From the IMG/VR virus record IMGVR_UViG_3300033182_000991, positions 48,920 through 112,919 of that record: a stretch of 64,000 nt of DNA; one strand, given 5' to 3'. The stretch comes from a virus. The translations under genes and the position numbers were made by a program. How positions within the stretch are numbered: the first letter of the stretch is position 1; every line of letters begins with the position of its first letter. Below, in pieces: positions 51,286-60,242 of the stretch. The notes below the pieces were generated by a model that saw only the letters and a list, made by a program, of their open reading frames with translations, had not been told where the DNA came from and searched no databases.

Positions 51286-51673
51286 TTCTCTGTTCCTTTA
51301 ATTTCTTTAATCTTGCCATTCTTTCGGCATTCGTTTCAGGTTTTTCCTCCACAGGTTCAGGTTGAACTGTTGGTTGTGATGCTGGTACTTCACGAACAGT
51401 TTCTCTTACGATAGTCTGTGTAGGTGCAGCTTGAGGAATTGTTAAATTAATAGTTGGACCCTGAACATTAACATTTTGTTGTTGAGTATTGTTGTTCTCC
51501 ACAGGAACGACAACCTCTGTTGATGTATCTGATTCATCATCACCACCAAAAAGTTCTTCAATGTGTGTTGTTACATATGCACCCGCAGCAGTAACAATTG
51601 TTGTGATAACTCCGATAATTGTCTTCTTAACGGTGCTCATCCCTTCTTTTACGATTTCATCTTTCATATTCAT
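51272..51673 (-). CDS. TM-anchored low-complexity protein
   Basis: N-terminal TM followed by a Q/P/T/E-rich stalk. Confidence 0.7.
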   Translation of the reverse strand: MNMKDEIVKEGMSTVKKTIIGVITTIVTAAGAYVTTHIEELFGGDDESDTSTEVVVPVENNNTQQQNVNVQGPTINLTIPQAAPTQTIVRETVREVPASQPTVQPEPVEEKPETNAERMARLKKLKEQRNGGK

Positions 51674-51729
51674 TGAGTTTTATTTGATTTATTAAAAAGG
51701 CTATGGGGGAGATAAACTCCCCCTTATTA

Positions 51730-53658
51730 TTAATATTTAATAATTCTTGTGTTCTTAGATTTGTCAGATGTTGTCATTCTTACAATGTATGTTCCTGAAG
51801 GAACCTTAGACATATCAATCCACGTTGAGTAGAAAGACAAACCTGTAGTTTCAAATTCTTCAGAGTATTGTAATTGACCTAACATATTGTAGAACTCCAC
51901 TCTAAATGGTGAGTCAGACAATGAGTAGAAATCAATAAACACATAGTCGTTAGTGACAGGGTTAGGGTAGATTAAGAATGATTCCATCATCTCGTTAATC
52001 TTAGGGTCATTAGAACGTTTACCCACATAAACAATCGTACCATCTGTAGGAGTTGGTTTGATATTTAAGTCGTCAGCGTGTTCTGAACCAGCACCTTTGT
52101 TAAAGACTCTAATTTGTGATTCCGTCCAATCTGTTGAAACCACGTCGAACTTAAATGTGATAACCTCTTGGTCTCCCTCAATAACAGCAGGTGACATATT
52201 CGTTTCGTGACCACCCCACAATACTTTACCATATTCAAATGATATAAATGAATTCCATTGACTTAATAGTTGTGAAGTTTGGACACCTTTGAATTGGAAA
52301 TAGTTTGTGTCAAACTCCAATCCGATTTGTGCCGCTCCAATCTTATTACCGTGAGTGTAGATAGTGATAGGAACCTCAACCTCATTTAATGCTGGTGTCA
52401 ACTTAGGAACTCTGAATTCCACAGTGTCTTCAATCGTAGAATAAAGAACACCCATATCCATAACCCAATCAGATGGGTCACCTGGGTTAGCCTTCATTGC
52501 AATTTGTAACATTTGGTTATTCACACCTGTTGAAGTAGCGTCACCCAAAACAAATACTCTATATCTTAACGAGTCTAAACCATTAACCACTGAATCCAAT
52601 TCGTAACCACCATCAATACCTGAGAAAGTTGATGGAGATGCGACGATTGTGTTGTATTCAGTTTCTCTTAATAGTTTTACGTTATTTTCACCAGTAACAA
52701 ATGATGACCAATCAGTTGCAGAAGATGCGACTCTGTTGAAAACCAAGAAACCATCCGCAATTGTGATATCGTCAGATAAGTTAACGTCTGATTGTTGTTG
52801 ACCGTAAGAAGTTATAGTGTCAGCAAAAATAGTATGACCGATGATTTTGTATGCGTCCGTAACATTGATTGCACCGTCATCACCCATATTAGATGAATTA
52901 AGAACAACTTTCAAATCGTAGAATGAACTATCGTAAGGGATTACGACTGACGCAAGACCCATAGAGTCAGTATAGAAAGAAGTTGCTCCTTGAGTGTATG
53001 TTTGGTCGGTTTTAAGTTTGTAGTCGTATCTAATTAAAACACTATCAGCACCTGATGAGTTAGTGATGGTAGATGTGCCTACATTTAATACTCTAACAGG
53101 GAATGTAACAGATGGTTGAATAAAGTTACCACCATAGTTGTGCATACCTAAAGTAACGTCAACACCACCTGATGTAGTTGCTAAGTTACTATAAGAAGTT
53201 GCCCCTGCGATTGCCATTGAATCCACAGCAGTTGGGTCAAAACCATTTTTGTGTGGTAATTCAACCTTTAAGATTGCACCGTCTGGCCAATCAAATGTAG
53301 AGTTACTTGCGGTATAAACCATTGAGAAATTTACCCAATCGTCATCCGTGTAGTAAGCACCATATTTGGTTGTAATTGTTGATGTTACAGGACCCCATTT
53401 AATAATTGGAGTGTCGAAACTCGCACTATCGTAGAAGAATCTTGCCTGTAAACCTTGAATTGTCTGAGATGTAGGGTTTTGATAGTGAAGATAGATAACC
53501 GTCGTATCTTCAATGATGGTACCCAATGTGAATACCGTATCAATCAAGAAATACGGAGAATTCGTGTTTGGAGATGTTAAAGTTTCAGTTTTACCATTCT
53601 GAGCGAATAATCCAGCTGAAAGCACCAACCCCATAAGAGTTAGTAGTAATTTTTTCAT
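51730..53658 (-). CDS. T9SS type-A CTD protein with two cohesin-like and a dockerin-like domain
   Basis: IQGLQARFFYD and VEVPI..IGAAQIGLEFD (cohesin-like); AINVTDAY and DVNLSDDITIADG (dockerin-like); IYPNP...YNMLGQ...GTYIVR (CTD). Confidence 0.8.
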   Translation of the reverse strand: MKKLLLTLMGLVLSAGLFAQNGKTETLTSPNTNSPYFLIDTVFTLGTIIEDTTVIYLHYQNPTSQTIQGLQARFFYDSASFDTPIIKWGPVTSTITTKYGAYYTDDDWVNFSMVYTASNSTFDWPDGAILKVELPHKNGFDPTAVDSMAIAGATSYSNLATTSGGVDVTLGMHNYGGNFIQPSVTFPVRVLNVGTSTITNSSGADSVLIRYDYKLKTDQTYTQGATSFYTDSMGLASVVIPYDSSFYDLKVVLNSSNMGDDGAINVTDAYKIIGHTIFADTITSYGQQQSDVNLSDDITIADGFLVFNRVASSATDWSSFVTGENNVKLLRETEYNTIVASPSTFSGIDGGYELDSVVNGLDSLRYRVFVLGDATSTGVNNQMLQIAMKANPGDPSDWVMDMGVLYSTIEDTVEFRVPKLTPALNEVEVPITIYTHGNKIGAAQIGLEFDTNYFQFKGVQTSQLLSQWNSFISFEYGKVLWGGHETNMSPAVIEGDQEVITFKFDVVSTDWTESQIRVFNKGAGSEHADDLNIKPTPTDGTIVYVGKRSNDPKINEMMESFLIYPNPVTNDYVFIDFYSLSDSPFRVEFYNMLGQLQYSEEFETTGLSFYSTWIDMSKVPSGTYIVRMTTSDKSKNTRIIKY

Positions 53659-53753
53659 TTAAGGAATAATTTTTAGTTTTATTAGTTAGTTAACCAATAA
53701 ATAGTCAATTATCCCCTAAATGAAATGTGATTTAATGGTATGTCTCAATTGAG

Positions 53754-54134
53754 TTATTTTTCTATGTTTTTCAACCTTAACCAGTTCTTAATACTTAAGA
53801 TTGCGGTGGTTAAAACAACCATACCTCCGATGAAGAATAGACCGTCAAACTTGTTGTGAGATGAAGTGAGGTATGTAAGTTCTACCAAACCTATCATATA
53901 ACCAAACCACATGATAACCCATACCAAGTCAGGGATTCTTTTAACTTTCTTCTCCACTTTCTCCACTTTCTCATCATGAACGACTCTTGAAAGTGCGTCT
54001 TGTAAGTCTTTACCGTATGCAGGCACTTTAGAAGTGGTACCATCTTCAGATAAAATGGTTATTTCATACTTCAACCATTCAGGGAAGGATTCTGATGTCT
54101 TTCTGTATTCAGCGTGAATTGCTTTCTTTTTCAT
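53754..54134 (-). CDS. membrane protein
   Basis: PAYGKDLQDAL plus two TM segments. Confidence 0.7.
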   Translation of the reverse strand: MKKKAIHAEYRKTSESFPEWLKYEITILSEDGTTSKVPAYGKDLQDALSRVVHDEKVEKVEKKVKRIPDLVWVIMWFGYMIGLVELTYLTSSHNKFDGLFFIGGMVVLTTAILSIKNWLRLKNIEK

Positions 54135-54691
54135 TACTTAATTTCTTCTCTGATGATTTCAATAATCCTACGCAAAGCGTGGTCACCTACTTTCACCATA
54201 TGATACGGAATCTTATTGTCATCCAATATCTTTTTTATTATTTCGTCATACTTCTCAGACTCATCCTCTGTTTGAAATCTCCCTTCCTGTTGAAACTTTC
54301 TATCGGCTCTATCTAAGAAAATATTTACGTTTTCATAACTATTAAATAGTTCCAAAACCATGGAATCAAAACTATCGTTATAAAACTTAGCAGGATAATC
54401 ACCTGTATACCCATTTTTATAGGCTAACGACAATAATAATGGAGAATCTAAAATAATGTAGTTTACTTTACCATAAGAACGAACAATTCCTCTATGTTGG
54501 TTGGCCAAGATATAAAGTTGGTCGGTAATCTGTGAGTTGTTGTCCTCCCAAGCCACCTGCTTTGGGAATTCATAAGGGTTATCACAACTAAGTCCCTTGC
54601 TCTTAAATGTATAGAAGAGACCTGAAGATATGGTTGATTTACCACTACCAGGTCCTCCAAATAAATTTATGATTACGGTTCTTTTATCCAT
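54134..54691 (-). CDS. AAA_28/NadR-like P-loop ATPase
   Basis: INLFGGPGSGKST, ILDSP, GRFQ. Confidence 0.85.
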   Translation of the reverse strand: MDKRTVIINLFGGPGSGKSTISSGLFYTFKSKGLSCDNPYEFPKQVAWEDNNSQITDQLYILANQHRGIVRSYGKVNYIILDSPLLLSLAYKNGYTGDYPAKFYNDSFDSMVLELFNSYENVNIFLDRADRKFQQEGRFQTEDESEKYDEIIKKILDDNKIPYHMVKVGDHALRRIIEIIREEIK

Positions 54692-54843
54692 TTATCCAAA
54701 TACACGAGATGTGATGGTTAATAATCCGTAGATTGTTAATACTCCAAGCAAAAGAATGATGGAGTTATAAGCCATCTTTCCGTATGACTCGTATTGTTTT
54801 TTACTACGACCTTGAAAGTCGTCGGGGTTGTATTCTTCTTTCA

Positions 54844-55479
54844 TTACTTAAGTGTTATGGTTGGACAATAAAAAATCTTTGAATCCTCAGGCCAATAATA
54901 ATCACCAGTCGGATTTTGAAGTGAGTGAGCGTCAACATGAGACAATTCAACACCCTCCACCTCAAAGTTACAAATATCTTTCAAATATTCATAATCATAT
55001 TCTCTGATTAATAAATCTTTGTTATCACGATTGTGGGAAACGTTATTGAAGAATGAGTAAACACCATCCTCTTTGAGTATATTAGGTAGGTAAGTATGGA
55101 ACTCATCCAACTCCTCATTCCACGTGTCAATATAGATACCATCAAACTTCGGAAGGAATTTTAAGTACCATCTCCAATCACCATAAAGGATTTTAACGTG
55201 AGGTTTCAAATGCCACCCATCTTCCAACATCTTAGTATATACGTCCAAATGGGCTTCAATAATCCAATGTTCTTCAATGTCATATTCTTCAATGTAAGTG
55301 TCAATGATACCCATACCGAAACCGACATTGAGTACCCTACCTCCTTTTTGACAGACAATCTCTGCACTCTTTTTCATGATTGGGTCTTCCCAATCCATCA
55401 TTACCGCCATACCGTACTCGTCCATAAGACGACCATCATCAGTATAGGTTAACCTTTGGTCAATGTAATCCTTCTCCAT
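54844..55479 (-). CDS. Rmt2/GAMT-like SAM methyltransferase
   Basis: VMMDWEDPIM, LNVGFGMGIIDT, HWIIEAH, FDGIYIDTW, GVYSFFN. Confidence 0.85.
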   Translation of the reverse strand: MEKDYIDQRLTYTDDGRLMDEYGMAVMMDWEDPIMKKSAEIVCQKGGRVLNVGFGMGIIDTYIEEYDIEEHWIIEAHLDVYTKMLEDGWHLKPHVKILYGDWRWYLKFLPKFDGIYIDTWNEELDEFHTYLPNILKEDGVYSFFNNVSHNRDNKDLLIREYDYEYLKDICNFEVEGVELSHVDAHSLQNPTGDYYWPEDSKIFYCPTITLK

Positions 55480-55788
55480 TAGTTCATTCTTCTTGCTATG
55501 GACATTAATTGGTCCTCCAAAATAACTTTACACTTATCGTTGGAACAAAGATAAAAGTCCCCCTGATTTGCTGTTGTTGTGATTATTTTGGTGGCCTCAT
55601 TACCACAAATAAAACAAGTGTGTTTCATTATTTGATGTTTTTAAGTTTTTCCAAGATTTGTTTGATTCTTCGTTCGTAGACTGCTGCTTTCTCAGAGTAT
55701 CCGTTTCCCACTGCTCTATTATATCTTTTCTGAAGTTGATGTAATTTATGACCTAACTTCAAACGGTCCCATTTGTTTAAGATTTTTC

Positions 55789-56163
55789 TCATTTCTTTTT
55801 GAAATATTTAACCATTATATGTCCACTTTTATAGTTTGTCGCCAATGGTACATCGTGGACATCACATAATCTCATTAACATTTGAACATCAGGTTCGTGA
55901 GGGTGCTTATCTAATGGGTCACGAAAAAAGAATACCCCATCAATCTCTCCACGAGTAACCATTGCACCAATCTCAGCATCTCCACCTAAAGGACCTGAAG
56001 CTACCGCTTCCACCTTATCAACACCTGCATGTAATATTTTTTTACCTGTGGTACCTGTGGTAACGATGGATACATCAACTCTATTGAAAAAATCCAGTCG
56101 CTTCATTACAAAAGCAACCATATCCGATTTTTTACCATCGTGGGCGATAAGTGCTAACTTCAT
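55789..56163 (-). CDS. mgsA: methylglyoxal synthase
   Basis: LALIAHD.KK, TTGTTG, SGPLGGD.EIG, FFRDPL..HPHEPDV..L.RLCDV. Confidence 0.96.
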   Translation of the reverse strand: MKLALIAHDGKKSDMVAFVMKRLDFFNRVDVSIVTTGTTGKKILHAGVDKVEAVASGPLGGDAEIGAMVTRGEIDGVFFFRDPLDKHPHEPDVQMLMRLCDVHDVPLATNYKSGHIMVKYFKKK

Positions 56164-56393
56164 AATTCTAAATCTATATTGTATTGATTGAGAATACCAT
56201 AAAAGATATCTTGGATTTCTTCATATGCTTTGTAGGTATCTACCGACAAATCATCAGGTGCGTACTTAACCTTTTTTCTAAGTTCCTGAGACATATCCCA
56301 TAGAGCAATACTCATATCCTTAGCCTTTAACATCATCTGATGCTCCATACGGTCGTCTTCGTCCTGTAAGTCAAATTCAAATCGTGCTTTCAT
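56160..56393 (-). CDS. conserved phage protein
   Basis: MKA.FEFDL..D, ALWD..QELR. Confidence 0.7.
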   Translation of the reverse strand: MKARFEFDLQDEDDRMEHQMMLKAKDMSIALWDMSQELRKKVKYAPDDLSVDTYKAYEEIQDIFYGILNQYNIDLEL

Positions 56394-56411
56394 GATATTT
56401 TTTTTTTAATG

Positions 56412-56484
<73 letters not shown>

Positions 56485-56522
56485 ATAAGACAAATATAGT
56501 CCAAATGTTTTAAAAAAACAAG

Positions 56523-56596
56523 TGGAGGATATCGGAGTCGAACCGATGACCCCTTGCGTGCAAGGCAAGTGCTCTGGCCAACTGAGCTAATCCCCC
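56523..56596 (-). tRNA. tRNA-Ala(TGC)
   Basis: Cloverleaf, G3:U70. Confidence 0.95.
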
Positions 56597-56607
56597 ATTT
56601 TTATTAG

Positions 56608-56679
56608 CGGTCCGTGCGGGAATCGAACCCGCCATACCGGCGTGACAGGCCGGCGTTATAGCCGATTAACTAACGGACC
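56608..56679 (-). tRNA. tRNA-Asp(GTC)
   Basis: Cloverleaf, loop CTGTCAC. Confidence 0.95.
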
Positions 56680-56685
56680 AATTTG

Positions 56686-56758
56686 AGCGGAAGACGGGAT
56701 TCGAACCCGCGACCTTCTGCTTGGCAAGCAGATGCTCTACCAACTGAGCTACTTTCGC
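56686..56758 (-). tRNA. tRNA-Gly(GCC)
   Basis: Cloverleaf, loop TTGCCAA. Confidence 0.95.
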
Positions 56759-56829
56759 ACAAAAAAAGATGAGGTTCTTTTTTCAAGACACATAGTTCCA
56801 ACGCGTATTGTGTGTCTCCCCATCCGTAG

Positions 56830-56901
56830 TGGCGGGGGAGGGAATCGAACCCCCGACCTCAAGGTTATGAGCCTTGCGAGCTACCTCTGCTCTACCCCGC
56901 G
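56830..56901 (-). tRNA. tRNA-Met(CAT), initiator-like
   Basis: CGCGGGG 5' end with 1:72 mismatch, loop CTCATAA. Confidence 0.9.
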
Positions 56902-56908
56902 ATATCAG

Positions 56909-56982
56909 AGCCTCCAGAGGGATTCGAACCCACGACCCCGAGATTACAAATCACGTGCTCTGGCCAGCTGAGCTATGGAGGC
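56909..56982 (-). tRNA. tRNA-Thr(TGT)
   Basis: Cloverleaf, loop TTTGTAA. Confidence 0.93.
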
Positions 56983-56986
56983 ATTT

Positions 56987-57081
56987 GAGTTACTTCAGAC
57001 AGGCATTCTACTCCCAGCTCCGAGGAATTGTATCTAACTTAGCCCTACTCACCGCTGTATGGGTACCTGAAGACGTAACTC
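56987..57081 (-). ncRNA. unidentified structured RNA between tRNAs
   Basis: Closing helices GAGTTAC/GTAACTC and CTTCAG/CTGAAG. Confidence 0.55.
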
Positions 57082-57090
57082 TTTTTTTAG

Positions 57091-57163
57091 TAGCCCGACG
57101 GGGAATCGAACCCCGCTTTTATCCGTGAAAGGGATATGTCCTAAACCGATAGACGACCGGGCC
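57091..57163 (-). tRNA. tRNA-Glu(TTC)
   Basis: Cloverleaf, loop CTTTCAC. Confidence 0.95.
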
Positions 57164-57180
57164 ATACTACTTAAACCATC

Positions 57181-57228
57181 ATTTCAAAGAACACTACAAA
57201 TATACAACTCTTTTTCTTTCTATCAAAC
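57181..57228 (-). promoter_or_regulatory. early promoter plus boxA-like element for the tRNA cluster
   Basis: Minus strand TTTG..TATATTTG then GTGTTCTTTGAAAT. Confidence 0.7.
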
Positions 57229-57238
57229 TATCGGACAT

Positions 57239-57265
57239 AAAAAAACCCACCTTTTTGAGGTGGGT
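57239..57265 (-). terminator. attenuator terminator
   Basis: ACCCACCT-CAAAA-AGGTGGGT-TTTTT. Confidence 0.85.
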
Positions 57266-57292
57266 CTTTAAGTATCTTACGTTATGACAATA

Positions 57293-57361
57293 CTATCCCA
57301 CCTCCGACTTTCGTGGAGTATCACCTTCCGTACCTGGTGTGATATGTAAAATAGTTTTCAT
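57293..57361 (-). CDS. putative attenuator leader peptide (22 aa)
   Basis: MKTILHITPGTEGDTPRKSEVG; last codons GAGGTGGG are complementary to the terminator 5' arm; TATTTATA promoter at 57385-57392. Confidence 0.65.
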   Translation of the reverse strand: MKTILHITPGTEGDTPRKSEVG

Positions 57362-57411
57362 TGAATGTATTATCTGTTTGAGATTATAAATATAACTAAC
57401 AATCAAAAAAA

Positions 57412-57690
57412 TTAAACAGTCATCATATAAAGACCGTAAGAAAAATCCGCAGACTCCTTATAAGTCTTTGCTCTACGACAAGTTTCAGGGTTTACACGAA
57501 GTTGAGTGTAAGTAGGGTTTTGTTTCTCCCATTCTTTACGCTCACGATTGACCTTGGCGATTGCTTCACGCTTTGTTTTCGCCCAAACTGAGTTACCACC
57601 AGTGGTTGGTTTGAACTCCTTAGAACCAGGTTTGGCTTCCAACCAACCGAACAAGTATTCTGATTCTCCCTTTGAATTTTTGTATGTCAT
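57412..57690 (-). CDS. basic hypothetical early protein
   Basis: GGNSVWAKTKREAI; TATATTTG upstream. Confidence 0.7.
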   Translation of the reverse strand: MTYKNSKGESEYLFGWLEAKPGSKEFKPTTGGNSVWAKTKREAIAKVNRERKEWEKQNPTYTQLRVNPETCRRAKTYKESADFSYGLYMMTV

Positions 57691-57724
57691 ATCTCTTTCC
57701 TTTTAACACTACAAATATAAGCAA

Positions 57725-57943
57725 TTATTCTTTCTCTTTGGAAAAAATTCTAAATCTTTTTTTACTTACTTTCCACTTTAATTCACTTCCTTCCCAAGGA
57801 CCTACCTCCAACTTTAATGTGCTACGGTCAATGGCGTCCTTATCTGTTAAGGGTTCGGTGGATTCACCAAACTTAATGGGGTCATCATTGTCAAATTGAA
57901 TGTAATATTCAACTCCGTGTTCAAAGTATTTCTTTTCTTCCAT
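57725..57943 (-). CDS. hypothetical protein
   Basis: Operon overlap. Confidence 0.6.
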   Translation of the reverse strand: MEEKKYFEHGVEYYIQFDNDDPIKFGESTEPLTDKDAIDRSTLKLEVGPWEGSELKWKVSKKRFRIFSKEKE

Positions 57944-58527
57944 TATCGTATTCTCGTTATAATAGGTATCGTTATGTTTTTCAAAACTGGATTGATATAG
58001 AAACCACCATTTTCATATTGTTTTTCAGGGATGAGACCGTAATTTTCCATTTCAACATAACTTACTTCATAGTCATCTGATAGTATACTTAAAAGCGAGT
58101 CAAATTCAGTTTGATTATACCAAATAGAAAATACCCCTCCGACTTTCAAACATTTATCCAAAAAGTTGGGTATAAATGGAACTCTTTGGTCCATCCATGT
58201 ATCAAGGTAAATTCCATCAAACATTCCAATATTGTCCATGTGGTCTTGCCATCTTCCGAAGATACAAGTAGCCTTGTCCTCCCAATCATTAACTTTCATA
58301 TAATCAATAACATCAGGATGTGATTCAATAATTGTATGTGAATTTGGATTTGATTCTTGAATGTATGTATCAATGATACCCATACCAAACCCAATGTTGA
58401 GGATATCACCACCACTTGTGGTGATGGTATCACATACCTTCTTCATTAGAGGTCGTTCCCAACCCATCATGACCGTTCGGCCATATTCGTCTACTAAATT
58501 ATCGTCTTTGTAAAAATATCTACCCAT
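57943..58527 (-). CDS. Rmt2/GAMT-like SAM methyltransferase (paralog 2)
   Basis: VMMGWERPLM, LNIGFGMGIIDT, HTIIESHPDV, FDGIYLDTW. Confidence 0.85.
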   Translation of the reverse strand: MGRYFYKDDNLVDEYGRTVMMGWERPLMKKVCDTITTSGGDILNIGFGMGIIDTYIQESNPNSHTIIESHPDVIDYMKVNDWEDKATCIFGRWQDHMDNIGMFDGIYLDTWMDQRVPFIPNFLDKCLKVGGVFSIWYNQTEFDSLLSILSDDYEVSYVEMENYGLIPEKQYENGGFYINPVLKNITIPIITRIR

Positions 58528-59087
58528 TACTGTATCTCACCTGCACATTCAGTTATAGTAAAACGATGACCTTTGGTTACTTTAGTAACCTCATGGAAAT
58601 CCATACCACTATATAATATAAATGTTCCTTTATATCTTGGAGCTACCTCACCATTAATTATTAAATCACCACCTTCATAATCCTCACCGTTAGTAAGTTG
58701 TATAGTAACAACTTTATCACGACGGACATCATTATGTACACCACCATCTTTGTGAAGTCCATGAAAACCATTCAAAGGATAGTATGTAAAATAATGAGGA
58801 CCTTCAATACCAAACTCATAGTTCAATACCGTTGAAAAAACATTCTTTATTTTTTCGGAGATAAAAGGAATTTCATCAACAGGTAAACCGAAAATCTCTA
58901 CCTCCCTCCCTTCATGTGATATGTAAGATTTGTAGGGTGACCATATATCCCATTCGTTAGTTCCGATAAGTTGATGACGAAGTTCAATACTTTCCCAATG
59001 ATGTAAAAGGTAATCAATTTCAGTATCACTTAATACGTTCTCCACATAGGAAAAGTTTTCACCATGTTTTAATTCGTAATCAGTCAT
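58527..59087 (-). CDS. 2OG-Fe(II) oxygenase
   Basis: HKD, TIQL...DYEGGDL, FHEVTKVTKG.R. Confidence 0.88.
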   Translation of the reverse strand: MTDYELKHGENFSYVENVLSDTEIDYLLHHWESIELRHQLIGTNEWDIWSPYKSYISHEGREVEIFGLPVDEIPFISEKIKNVFSTVLNYEFGIEGPHYFTYYPLNGFHGLHKDGGVHNDVRRDKVVTIQLTNGEDYEGGDLIINGEVAPRYKGTFILYSGMDFHEVTKVTKGHRFTITECAGEIQ

Positions 59088-59265
59088 CTAATTTTGAGTG
59101 TATTTCGTATAGACTTTTAGACATCATATAACCAGAAGGTGCATTCTTTGAGAACTTACTAACCTCCTCAAATGTTCCCTCACACTTGATGTTGTGGTCG
59201 TAATCTGAAAATACCCAAGTGTCTATTTCTCTTACGTCTTTTCTTTTCATGGTAATTAATATTTG

Positions 59266-59337
59266 CTCCCCGGGGGAATTACGATATCCCGACCTTAACC
59301 TTAACAGGGTTCTGCTCTGCCTCTGAGCTACCAGGGA
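59266..59337 (-). tRNA. tRNA-Asn(GTT) with atypical T-loop
   Basis: Loop CTGTTAA; T-arm GGGAT-ATCGTA-ATTCC. Confidence 0.85.
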
Positions 59338-59368
59338 ATATAAAGTGAGTCCTTTAACGTTTTAATGA

Positions 59369-59710
59369 TTACCCGTTAATAACGGATTTATCGTTTTGTA
59401 GTTTATCTACCATTTGGTTGAGGTATGCAATCTCACGAGATACATTGTCAACCACCTTGTCTACCCTACTGTCAATGAGACGGTAGATTTTCTCTTGTTC
59501 GTCAATTCGGTTTCGGTCAATATTATTACCAAAATCGTAAAGTTGACTTTCTTTTTTCTCCAAATCCATTTGAGTATATTCCAATTGTTTTTGGAGAGAG
59601 TTAATTTCCTTTTTCAAGGACATAGTTGTCATATAATTCACAAACGTACCCACGACCATCATAATAACGATGACCACACATACACCTAAAATAAATGATG
59701 TTATTTCCAT
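59369..59710 (-). CDS. TM plus coiled-coil protein inside the tRNA array
   Basis: N-terminal TM, IDSRVDK. Confidence 0.75.
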   Translation of the reverse strand: MEITSFILGVCVVIVIMMVVGTFVNYMTTMSLKKEINSLQKQLEYTQMDLEKKESQLYDFGNNIDRNRIDEQEKIYRLIDSRVDKVVDNVSREIAYLNQMVDKLQNDKSVING

Positions 59711-59748
59711 ATTCGTTAAAGTATTACTATGTCAAAGAACTCACTTTG

Positions 59749-59831
59749 TTGGAAGGGAGGGATTCGAACCCCCGTACTCCGAAGAGAGTGGATTTACAGT
59801 CCACCGCCTTTAACCACTCGACCACCTTCCA
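59749..59831 (-). tRNA. tRNA-Tyr(GTA)
   Basis: Loop CTGTAAA, long variable arm. Confidence 0.93.
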
Positions 59832-59837
59832 TTGATA

Positions 59838-59960
59838 GAAACAGGAACAACTTTATCAGGAATCCCACATATAGCTTCACACACCATTAGAGAGTTGTAC
59901 TTAGTGTGTACCCTTGCGTAACTGCTCTCCCAGTCTGTTGTTCTACGCCTCCTCTGTTTC
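59838..59960 (-). ncRNA. unidentified structured RNA between tRNAs
   Basis: Closing helices GAAACAG/CTGTTTC and GAACAAC/GTTGTTC; internal GAGAG/CTCTC. Confidence 0.55.
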
Positions 59961-59965
59961 CTTTG

Positions 59966-60060
59966 TGGTGTAGACGGGATTCGAACCACGTGGCACGGTC
60001 GGTTTCAATGACCTGCTCTACCATGGGAAGAATAACATCTTCCACCTGAGCTACTACACC
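59966..60060 (-). tRNA. aberrant tRNA-Phe(GAA)-like with extra hairpin in the D-loop
   Basis: Acceptor GGTGTAG/CTACACC; insert GGAAGA-TGTTAT-TCTTCC; loop TTGAAAC. Confidence 0.65.
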
Positions 60061-60069
60061 ATATTGTTG

Positions 60070-60151
60070 CGGAAGAGACAGGATTCGAACCTGCAAAGCT
60101 GTTACACCCGACGGTTTTCAAGACCGCTTGACGACCACTGTCCACTCTTCC
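60070..60151 (-). tRNA. tRNA-Ser(TGA)
   Basis: Loop CTTGAAA, long variable arm, short D-arm. Confidence 0.88.
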
Positions 60152-60242
60152 AAAATGAGGGTAAGTATTTGCAACTACCTACCCTCGTAAACTACTCACC
60201 CTAAGCGCCCTGTTCTGATGGGAAGGGGGATGAGTCCTATAG

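Noticed and set aside
40947-56163. Bacterial chromosome origin suggested by clpP, mgsA, blc and T9SS genes
   Set aside because: These genes are isolated among phage-type ORFans with the shared late promoter; no tig/clpX or other host operon context.
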